Of a stretch of DNA of 64,000 nt, positions 9,114 to 16,862 are shown one piece after another. Under the pieces are notes generated by a model, which did not search any database, was not told where the DNA came from, and worked only from the letters and a program-made list of their open reading frames with translations. The position numbers and the translations under genes are program-made. Position 1 is the stretch's first letter. Every line of letters starts with the position of its first letter. Origin of the DNA: an uncultured Pseudomonadales bacterium (lineage in GTDB: Bacteria; Patescibacteriota; Microgenomatia; UBA1400; CG1-02-47-37); assembly GCA_964630755.1 (NCBI GenBank), contig CAZVYS010000001.1:25893-89892 (forward strand), in the 5' to 3' direction.

Positions 9114-10060
9114 TAAAATCCGCCAACAACAGTGATTTTACCTCTAATTGGTGGGTGGAATTGATAATTAGTTAACTTAAAGTCATTGAACTTAAAACGA
9201 TCAATGTCTTTGACTTTGGAGTTTAGTTTCATGGTTGGAAAAGGCAAAGGTTTTCGTTTAAGTTGCTCTTTGACTTGATCAAAGTGGTTTTCGTAGATAT
9301 GAGCATCGCCAAAAGTGTGGACAAACTCACCGGGTTTGTAGCCGGTAACATGAGCCAGTAGCAGAGTAAGCAGAGCGTAGGAAGCAATATTAAAAGGCAC
9401 CCCTAGAAACATGTCGGCTGATCGTTGGTAAAGGAGCAAGGAAAGTTTATCGCCGGTAATGTTGATGTGAAACATGGTGTGACAAGGGGCAATGACTGCA
9501 GATTTTTTTCTTGAAGAGGCCATCTCGTAAATGGAACCGGCGTTCCAGGCTGAGATAATGTAGTGTTTTTTTTGTGGTTTTTGCTTGATTTTATCTAAGG
9601 CCCATTTTAATTGATCAATAGTGCGACCAGATTCGGTAGGCCAGTTACGCCATTGAACTCCATAAACAGGACCAATGTCGCCCCACTTTTTCATAAAAGC
9701 TTTGTCTTTTTTAGCTTTATCAATAAAATCTTCTAGAGTTAATTTTGGCAACTTGCCTTGTTTCATTAGTTTTTTGTAGGGCTTGTAAGCCCAGTCATCC
9801 CAAATATGGACGTTGTTGTCAACTAAGTACTTGATGTTACTGGAGCCTGATAAAAACCAGATAAGTTCATGGGCAATGCCCCGCCAGAAGGTTTTTTTGG
9901 TAGTTAAGAGCGGAAAACCTTGAGAAAGATCAAAGCGTATTTGGCGACCAAAAACAGATTTTAATTTAACTCCAGTTGAATGAGACACTTTCCAGGCACC
10001 ATTATCTAAAATATCTTTTAATAAGTTTAGATATTGATGTTCTGGATGATTATTAGACAT
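9113..10060 (-). CDS. thyA: thymidylate synthase (ThyA)
   Basis: QYLNLLKDILDNG at the N-terminus, the active-site region ...IAPCHTMFH..., and the classic thyA-folA pairing. Confidence 0.9.
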   Translation of the reverse strand: MSNNHPEHQYLNLLKDILDNGAWKVSHSTGVKLKSVFGRQIRFDLSQGFPLLTTKKTFWRGIAHELIWFLSGSSNIKYLVDNNVHIWDDWAYKPYKKLMKQGKLPKLTLEDFIDKAKKDKAFMKKWGDIGPVYGVQWRNWPTESGRTIDQLKWALDKIKQKPQKKHYIISAWNAGSIYEMASSRKKSAVIAPCHTMFHINITGDKLSLLLYQRSADMFLGVPFNIASYALLTLLLAHVTGYKPGEFVHTFGDAHIYENHFDQVKEQLKRKPLPFPTMKLNSKVKDIDRFKFNDFKLTNYQFHPPIRGKITVVGGF

Positions 10061-10084
10061 AGGTAATTTTTACCTTTTATTTAA

Positions 10085-10903
10085 CTAATCTGCAAGAGGA
10101 ATTGAGTCTTTAAGGCTGAATTTTCCAACTTTAAGACGCTTGATGTTTAAAGCAAGGGCGGGAATATTTAGTTTTTGGCCAATGTTATTAGCTAACGAAC
10201 GCATATAAGTACCAGATGAGCAAGAAATCTTAAGAGTGGCAGTGGAAAAAGTATTAATGGAGTTTTGATTAAAGAATGCTTGCCAAGTCTTTTTAATTTG
10301 GGATTGTCGAAAGTCTCCTTTTACTAGTTTAATTGATTGAAGTATGTGCTTTTTGAGACTAATAGCAGAAATTCTGTTTATTGAAATTAGATTAATAGAG
10401 TTAATGGTGATTTTTCGAGTGGGAATTTTGATTTTATTTAGCTGATTAGTCCGAGCGTAATAGAAAAGCGGCCTACCTTTAACAGTTTTAGATGAATAGG
10501 GTGGATAAACTTGAACTTGAGGACCAATATAGCTTGGTAAAAGACCTTCAAGGTTGGACCTTGAAGGTTGGTGTCTCGAGAGTCTATTTGTTATAGGCTT
10601 AGAAAGCCTACCTTCAAGGTTGGACCTTGAAGGGTGAGAAGGTAGACCAAGAAAGTCGTAAGTGTCGGTGGAGACACCAAAGACAATTGTTAGCTGATAT
10701 GTTTTATCAAGATTAAGATATTGAGCTTTAAGCTTTTCAGTGGGATCAAGAATAATTAACAACACCCCCTCAGCTAAAGGGTCTAGCCGACCAGCATAGG
10801 TAAGTTTTTGATTTATTAGCTCAGGTTTTAGCTGTTGAAGCCTGTTAATGGCTTGAAGAGGCGTAAAACCTACAGGTTTATTTAAGTTGAAAATCTTTGC
10901 CAT
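10085..10903 (-). CDS. truB: tRNA pseudouridine(55) synthase TruB, with an approximately 90-nt in-frame insertion
   Basis: Catalytic motif AGRLDPLAEGVLLI (GxLDxxAxGVL). A PUA-like C-terminus is present. It carries a tandem palindromic-element insertion encoding PSRSNLEG twice. Confidence 0.8.
   Translation of the reverse strand: MAKIFNLNKPVGFTPLQAINRLQQLKPELINQKLTYAGRLDPLAEGVLLIILDPTEKLKAQYLNLDKTYQLTIVFGVSTDTYDFLGLPSHPSRSNLEGRLSKPITNRLSRHQPSRSNLEGLLPSYIGPQVQVYPPYSSKTVKGRPLFYYARTNQLNKIKIPTRKITINSINLISINRISAISLKKHILQSIKLVKGDFRQSQIKKTWQAFFNQNSINTFSTATLKISCSSGTYMRSLANNIGQKLNIPALALNIKRLKVGKFSLKDSIPLAD
10544..10634. repeat. tandem pair of palindromic elements (ACCTTCAAGGTTGGACCTTGAAGG, twice) with a palindromic spacer, inside truB
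   Basis: Copies at 10544-10568 and 10610-10634. The spacer contains CTCGAGAG and AGGCTTAGAAAGCCT palindromes. In-frame with no stop. Confidence 0.7.
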
Positions 10904-12570
10904 ATGAATAAATCCTTAAAAGTTAATTGGCCGTCATTATTAGTATCAAGGGGCAGTAAAGTTTTAAATTGAATTTGGGTAGAAGAAGAATTTAAGGTAG
11001 AGATAGTTTGACGAGGTAAATAAAATGGCTTTAGTAACACAAATCGGTAAATAGTTTCAGGGATGACGCTGTAAAGTTTAATTGGTTGACTAAGTTGGTT
11101 TTTAAGATTAACGGCCATTTCTTTAACTAAGGTTTGATCCTGGTTATAGATTAAAAGCTGGTAATCAGTCTCTGATCTATCTTTAATAAATAGTCGTTTA
11201 GCTTTGATGATCAAGCTTGGAGGGGGAATTACTTTAATGGTGTTACTGAATTCTTCCCCAAAAAGAGAAAGATTGGTTTGAAGTTGAAAATTAAGCTGAT
11301 ACTCCCCTGGTGTTTCTGGAGTAGTTAGATCAATAGTAAAAGTATGATCAGAAAAAGGTTTAGTTGATTCAAGTTTTGTAATTGTAATGTTATTAGTCGG
11401 AAAATCGCCGGTTGGTTTTAAGAAGAAATCTTGATTCCAAATAGATTGTCCAGTGTTTTTGAAAGTGGTCGAAAACCGATAAGTAGAAGAGTCAATTAAT
11501 TGACTGGGGATGTTTGACGAAATTAATTGACTATTATGAATTTGAACTGGTTGCCCAGAATTTTTTTCTAAGTTTTTAACTGCATAATAATGTGGGAAAA
11601 AATCATCGGTGTTTGGTTCTTGCCAAGCAAATTGACTAAAAGGTGGTTGAGGATAATTTAAAACAAAAGGAGTGATGGCCACTAGGTTTTTTTGATTCCA
11701 GATAGAAGTAAAGGCAGTGGTAAAAAAATCAGATAAGGCAGAGGTTTGATTGGTAGTTGCACCTAAAACTTTGCCTTGCTGGTGTATCCAGCCGGTTTCG
11801 GTTATAAAAATAGGCAAGTTTGATTTTAAGTTATATTTTGAAAGATAAGAAATTTCAGCTTGATAGCTTCTAAGACTACCAAATCCCTGACCGGAAACTG
11901 GGCCAGAAAATCCAGGATTAGGGTAAGAATGAGAATTCCAACCATCGAAAAGAGTAAAGATTTGATTATCTTCTTGATGCATTTGTCGCCAGTATTCAGT
12001 GGCTGTCATGGTTTGAGAAGAATTAGGGGCAGCAGTGTCAAAACCGGCTGGCAAGATAAAGTAATCTTTGGATGATTCTTTTAAAGCTGAGTGGAAAGCC
12101 TTGGTAATGGTGACATATTCTTGAGGATTGATATCTCCACCCCATTCTTTTTTATGATTTGGTTCATTAAATAAAACTAGGTAGCGATTTTGAATCACCC
12201 AGTTTAATGAATCAAGAAACTTAACCCAATTATCAATATCTTTAAGCTCTGGTTTGGCCCAATAATCAGAAACTGGCTTGGTGGCAATTCTAACAATTGG
12301 AATAAGTTTTAACTTTCGACATTGATCAAAAATTTTCTGCCATTTATCAAGATTTTGATCGTTTTGACGGATAACGAGAGTGACATAGCCCCATTGACCT
12401 TTTTGACTATTAACTAGTTTGGCGGCAGCTTCTAGGTCATCTATCTCTAAAACATGAATGCCGAATTTATTATTGCTAACTGATAGTGGATCAGAAACAG
12501 CTTTGATCGGCTTTACAAACCAAAAAAAGCAGATTACAAAAACCAGAAAAATACTAATAATTCGTTTCAT
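10882..12570 (-). CDS. secreted glycoside hydrolase, clan GH-A (GH5-like), with a C-terminal Ca-binding dockerin/EF-hand-like motif
   Basis: Signal peptide; LVLFNEPNH (acid/base Glu) and IFITETGW (nucleophile Glu) in the clan GH-A arrangement; C-terminal DTNNDGQLTFKD. Confidence 0.45.
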   Translation of the reverse strand: MKRIISIFLVFVICFFWFVKPIKAVSDPLSVSNNKFGIHVLEIDDLEAAAKLVNSQKGQWGYVTLVIRQNDQNLDKWQKIFDQCRKLKLIPIVRIATKPVSDYWAKPELKDIDNWVKFLDSLNWVIQNRYLVLFNEPNHKKEWGGDINPQEYVTITKAFHSALKESSKDYFILPAGFDTAAPNSSQTMTATEYWRQMHQEDNQIFTLFDGWNSHSYPNPGFSGPVSGQGFGSLRSYQAEISYLSKYNLKSNLPIFITETGWIHQQGKVLGATTNQTSALSDFFTTAFTSIWNQKNLVAITPFVLNYPQPPFSQFAWQEPNTDDFFPHYYAVKNLEKNSGQPVQIHNSQLISSNIPSQLIDSSTYRFSTTFKNTGQSIWNQDFFLKPTGDFPTNNITITKLESTKPFSDHTFTIDLTTPETPGEYQLNFQLQTNLSLFGEEFSNTIKVIPPPSLIIKAKRLFIKDRSETDYQLLIYNQDQTLVKEMAVNLKNQLSQPIKLYSVIPETIYRFVLLKPFYLPRQTISTLNSSSTQIQFKTLLPLDTNNDGQLTFKDLFIWQRFST

Positions 12571-12579
12571 GAATGGATA

Positions 12580-13380
12580 TTATACCTGTTTTGGAAATTT
12601 GGCTGTATAAGGATAATTAATCGGACCTAAGGGAATCCGATCTTGAGGATCATCTACAAATAAAACAATTGTTTTGCCCTTAGTGGCTTTTGGGTAATAA
12701 CCTAAGTCATGCATAACTTGAGGAGAACCGCCAAATTTTTTACCAGTCCATTTGGCTGGACCAGCATCGGCAATAACAGCAATAACAGCAGCGCCATTAC
12801 TAGGATTGATAACAATTACTTTTCGATATTTATACCAGCCTCTTAACTCTCTGAGGTCTTTTTTCCAGTTGGGTAAGTACAAAGTCTGAGCAGCAATATA
12901 ATATTGTTCCATTTGGATATCTTTTTTAGATAATGCGCTTTTATTACCTGCCCAAAAACCCCAAGCGGCTTTACCTGGCGCTACTCCGGCTTGAGGAAAA
13001 CTACGATTATTGGTTGAAGTATCACCAGGATAACGCATTAAGTGTTGCTCTAAGCCCATAAGGCCAATTTGGTGATTTAAACGATTGCCATCTAGGCTAG
13101 CAACAGCTTTGACTCCTAAAGTTTTCTTGATGCTATTTTCTAGTTTTTTTTCCTCTTTATTAGTTAAAACCCTTGAAGATTTAGGCAAGACTTTATTAAG
13201 AAGATCTAAAAGTAGTTTTTTTAGTTCTTGCGATGTAATCAATCCTAAGGGAGCACGAAGAGCAGCTGGTTTATCTGGTAAAGCTTTTAAGTTTTGAGAG
13301 CCAGAGGATAAGAGTAAGCTACCGGCTAAGGTGGCAGAAGTTAAAAACTTTTTTGTATCTTTAGATGATTTTTTGGGCAT
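12580..13380 (-). CDS. secreted protein, possibly an RlpA-like double-psi beta-barrel domain
   Basis: N-terminal signal-like segment. The C-terminal KVIVINPSNGAAVIAVIADAGPAKW...DLGY resembles the RlpA/expansin DPBB pattern V.V.N..NG.........D.GP. Weak. Confidence 0.3.
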   Translation of the reverse strand: MPKKSSKDTKKFLTSATLAGSLLLSSGSQNLKALPDKPAALRAPLGLITSQELKKLLLDLLNKVLPKSSRVLTNKEEKKLENSIKKTLGVKAVASLDGNRLNHQIGLMGLEQHLMRYPGDTSTNNRSFPQAGVAPGKAAWGFWAGNKSALSKKDIQMEQYYIAAQTLYLPNWKKDLRELRGWYKYRKVIVINPSNGAAVIAVIADAGPAKWTGKKFGGSPQVMHDLGYYPKATKGKTIVLFVDDPQDRIPLGPINYPYTAKFPKQV

Positions 13381-14833
13381 GTTTCAAGCGTTTAATGACT
13401 TCTTTTTGGCCTAAAATGCATAAAACGTCAAATAAAGGCGGTGTAGCTGATCTGCCAGTAACAGCTAAACGAATGGTCATAAAGGCGGGTCTTGGTTTGA
13501 AACCGCAGGTAGATTGCAATTCTTTTAAGGTTGATTCTATTTTCCCCACTGTCCAGGCGTTTAGCTTAACAAGAGTTGACTCAACTTGAGATAGAAATTT
13601 GGCAGTGGCCTTGGAATCGGCCTTGGATTCTTTGAAAATAGCTTTTATATCTATTTGAGGATCGGAAACAAAGTACTGAGTAAGGTATTCTAATTCTGAT
13701 AGTTTTTCGATTCTCTCTTTGATTAAAGGCCAGATAGTTTTTAGCTTCTGGTCTGATAAGCCTTGAGGTTGAAAATCTTTGAGGCGCTTAAACATCTCTT
13801 CGTTTGACAGCTTTTTAATCCACTGGGAATTAAGCCAGTTAAGTTTGTCAAGGTCAGCAATTGGCCCTTGAATATGCAAGTTTTTAAAATCAAAGTGTTT
13901 AGATAAATTTTCAAGATTAAAAACTTCTTTGCCTTGAGGATGATTCCAGGCTCGGGTGGCTAGAAAATTAATAACGGCTTCTTTGAGATAACCTTGGGTT
14001 TGATACCAAGAAACAGATGCATGGCCATGTCTTTTACTGAGCTTAGACCGATCTTTATTTCTTAAAAGAGGAGTGTGGATAAAAACAGGCATCTGCCATT
14101 TAAAATATTCATACAAAAGAACGTGTTTTGGAGCAGAACTTAGCCATTCTTCACCTCTAACCATATGAGTAATTTTCATTAAATGGTCATCGACTACTAC
14201 AGCTAAGTGATAAGTTGGAAAACCATCTGATTTAAGTAAAATTTGATCGTCAATCAGATTACTATCAAATTCAATTTGGCCTCTAAGAAGATCGTTGACT
14301 ACTATGGTTTTTTTTGCTGGAACTTTTAAACGAATAACAAAAGGGTTTGATTGAGATTTTATTTTGGTAGTTTTTGGATCGAGCTTTCGACATTTTTGAT
14401 CATACATTGGTGGTTTGTTTGTTTTTTGCAATTGTTTTCTAATCTGATCGATTCTAGTTTGCGAGCAAAAACAATAATAAGCCTTGTTATCTTTGATTAA
14501 TTGTTGAGCGTGTTTTTGGTATATTTTTAATCTTTCAGATTGCCGATAAGGACCAAAATCTCCACCGTGGTTTGAAGATTCATCTGGATTTAGGTCAAGC
14601 CAGCTTAAGCTATTAAAAATAGCCTTTTCAGAAGACTTTACTTGGCGCTTTTTATCAGTATCTTCGATGCGAACAATGAATGACCCTTGGTGTTTTTTGG
14701 CATAAACATAGTTAAACAATGCCTGAAATAAAGTGCCAATATGTGGGTCTCCAGTTGGTGAAGGAGCTAAACGAGTTCTAACCATAATTCTATTCATTGC
14801 TTGAATTGTATCAGAGGGACAAGTTATACTCAA
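13361..14833 (-). CDS. gltX: glutamyl-tRNA synthetase
   Basis: Class I HIGT motif (PSPTGDPHIGT), IEDTD, and KMSKS-like LSKRHG. The likelier start is MNRIMVRTR, about 14797. Confidence 0.85.
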   Translation of the reverse strand: MSITCPSDTIQAMNRIMVRTRLAPSPTGDPHIGTLFQALFNYVYAKKHQGSFIVRIEDTDKKRQVKSSEKAIFNSLSWLDLNPDESSNHGGDFGPYRQSERLKIYQKHAQQLIKDNKAYYCFCSQTRIDQIRKQLQKTNKPPMYDQKCRKLDPKTTKIKSQSNPFVIRLKVPAKKTIVVNDLLRGQIEFDSNLIDDQILLKSDGFPTYHLAVVVDDHLMKITHMVRGEEWLSSAPKHVLLYEYFKWQMPVFIHTPLLRNKDRSKLSKRHGHASVSWYQTQGYLKEAVINFLATRAWNHPQGKEVFNLENLSKHFDFKNLHIQGPIADLDKLNWLNSQWIKKLSNEEMFKRLKDFQPQGLSDQKLKTIWPLIKERIEKLSELEYLTQYFVSDPQIDIKAIFKESKADSKATAKFLSQVESTLVKLNAWTVGKIESTLKELQSTCGFKPRPAFMTIRLAVTGRSATPPLFDVLCILGQKEVIKRLKHAQKII

Positions 14834-15913
14834 AGAGCTATGGCGACTCTGACTGAAACTGCAGTTAATGCTAGAAAAGCGATTAAAGTGGGTGGATTAC
14901 TTATCGGAGTTTTTTTATTTTTTAAATTTAGTGTTTTTGTTTATGATAATTTTTTGAAAGTAGTTAAACCAGCTCCACTAAAAGCTCCAGCAGCAGAGTT
15001 TGGAAAACTACCATCAATTAATTTTCCTGAAAAACTTCATCCAGAATTAACTTTAAGATTGGAAACTCCTACGGGGGGAACTCCTGATCTTGGAGATCGA
15101 ACAACGGTCTATTTAATGCCGACTTCTCGATCTTATTTTGGAGCTCTTGATAAAGCTAAGGAAACAGCTAAGAAAATGAATTTTAGAAATAATCCAAAAG
15201 AAATTACTGAAAGAAGATATTCATGGGAATCAAGTGATTTCCTGCCAAGCACTTTAGAAATGGATATAGTAACTGGCTCTTTTTCATTAAAACGAAATTG
15301 GCAAGCAGATCCAACCATATTATCTGATAAACAATTGCCTGGGAAAGAACAGGCAGTGGTTGAAACCAAAAACTTTTTAAGACAGGCGGGTTTGATGAAT
15401 AATGAGCTTGAAAATGCAAAGATAGAGATTTCCTACTTAACTTTTTCAGCTGGTCAATATCTTGAAGCAGTTAGTTTATCAGAAGCTGATTTTGTTCAAG
15501 CTGATTTATTTAGGGCAGATATAGAAGAAAAGCCTTTGTTAACTCAAACTCCAGAAAAAGGAATCGTGAGTATTATTTTTTCAGGATCAAGAGAAGCAGA
15601 AAAACGAGTAATCAAGGCTGAGTTTAACTACAATCAAGTAGATATTAATCAAATTGGTGCTTATCCAATTAAAGCAGCCAGTCAGGCATGGCGAGAGCTA
15701 CAAACCAGACAAGGCTATATTGCTAGTATTGGGGAAAACGCAGGTGGAGTAGTAGCAATTAGAAGAATCTACTTAGGATACTTTGATGCTGAAGTATCTC
15801 AAGGATTTTTGTTGCCGATTATTGTTTTTGAAGGAGATAATGGTTTTTTTGGATTTGTGCAAGCAGTTACAGATGACTGGCTTCAGACAAATCCTGCCAT
15901 TGATGATTTGTAA
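14801..15913 (+). CDS. hypothetical membrane-anchored protein (single N-terminal transmembrane helix, large extracytoplasmic domain)
   Basis: IKVGGLLIGVFLFFKFSVFVY transmembrane segment. No recognisable catalytic motif. The likelier start is near 14840 (MATLTE). Confidence 0.3.
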   Translation: MNCIRGTSYTQRAMATLTETAVNARKAIKVGGLLIGVFLFFKFSVFVYDNFLKVVKPAPLKAPAAEFGKLPSINFPEKLHPELTLRLETPTGGTPDLGDRTTVYLMPTSRSYFGALDKAKETAKKMNFRNNPKEITERRYSWESSDFLPSTLEMDIVTGSFSLKRNWQADPTILSDKQLPGKEQAVVETKNFLRQAGLMNNELENAKIEISYLTFSAGQYLEAVSLSEADFVQADLFRADIEEKPLLTQTPEKGIVSIIFSGSREAEKRVIKAEFNYNQVDINQIGAYPIKAASQAWRELQTRQGYIASIGENAGGVVAIRRIYLGYFDAEVSQGFLLPIIVFEGDNGFFGFVQAVTDDWLQTNPAIDDL

Positions 15914-16862
15914 AAGCCCAGTTTATAAGAAGAGAGCTTTCTTGAAATCGATCAAGACTTCCTAGAATAACGGTAATAATCTCTTTATCCCCTCTTTTTG
16001 TGTAAGTAACTAAACACTCACCAGCCAACTCTGTCCAGCCGGTTTTGACACCTTTTAATCCCTTAATAGCACCTAATAGCTGATTAATGGTTTCTAGCTC
16101 ATGAGTAATAGTGTTGTCAACATTGTAAACAGTAATGTTTTGGGTGTTAACAATTTTTCTAAAAATGGGGTTTTCCATAGCATGGGCAGCTAGTAAACTT
16201 AAGTCATGAACTGTGGTGTAATGACCATAATTATCTAAACCAGTGGGGTTTTGAAATTGAGTATCAGTAAGATTAAGTTCAGTTAGTTTATGATTCATGG
16301 CCTTGACAAAACCAGCCTCTTTTTGTGGATGATAATTAGCTAAGGCTGCAGCGGCGTCATTTCCAGATTGAACTAGTAAACCGTAAAGTAAGTTTTCAAC
16401 GGTAATTTCCTCATGAAACTCTAACTCCATTGATTGACCTTCGGTGACTAAAGAATCAATCTTCACAACATCGTCAAGATCAAAAACTTCTAAAGCAATT
16501 AGGGCAGTCATGATTTTGGTGGTAGAAGCTGGCAAGAGTTTTAAATCTTGATTTTTATTAAAAAGCATTGCTTTGGAATTAACATCAACTACAATAGCTG
16601 AACGGGCAGTTATGTACGGAGCTAATATGCCCGTATGATTAACTGGATATTCTGAAGTGGAACTAGATTGGATATTTATTGGCCTAACTAAAGGACTTGA
16701 TTGATCAATGTTAAGGTTAAGATAATAGTTTTTGGCAGGAATAAAGATAAGAACAAAGATAGCTAAGATAAGATTAAGCTTAAGATAAGGAGTTTTTTTG
16801 ACAAAGGCTATGAATTTGTCCATGGAATTAGTTAACAAATTCACCCAGTTTTGGATTAACAA
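15867..16862 (-). CDS. D-alanyl-D-alanine carboxypeptidase (serine-type, PBP5/DacA-like)
   Basis: SxxK (ASTTKIM), SxN (VQSGNDAA) and KTG (KTGWT) motifs at the expected spacing; N-terminal transmembrane anchor. Confidence 0.75.
   Translation of the reverse strand: MLIQNWVNLLTNSMDKFIAFVKKTPYLKLNLILAIFVLIFIPAKNYYLNLNIDQSSPLVRPINIQSSSTSEYPVNHTGILAPYITARSAIVVDVNSKAMLFNKNQDLKLLPASTTKIMTALIALEVFDLDDVVKIDSLVTEGQSMELEFHEEITVENLLYGLLVQSGNDAAAALANYHPQKEAGFVKAMNHKLTELNLTDTQFQNPTGLDNYGHYTTVHDLSLLAAHAMENPIFRKIVNTQNITVYNVDNTITHELETINQLLGAIKGLKGVKTGWTELAGECLVTYTKRGDKEIITVILGSLDRFQESSLLINWAFTNHQWQDLSEASHL

Noticed and set aside
10544-10634. Possible CRISPR-like repeat-spacer unit
   Set aside because: There are only two repeats. 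They are palindromic, in-frame and inside truB, and no cas genes or further repeat-spacer periodicity are present anywhere in the window.
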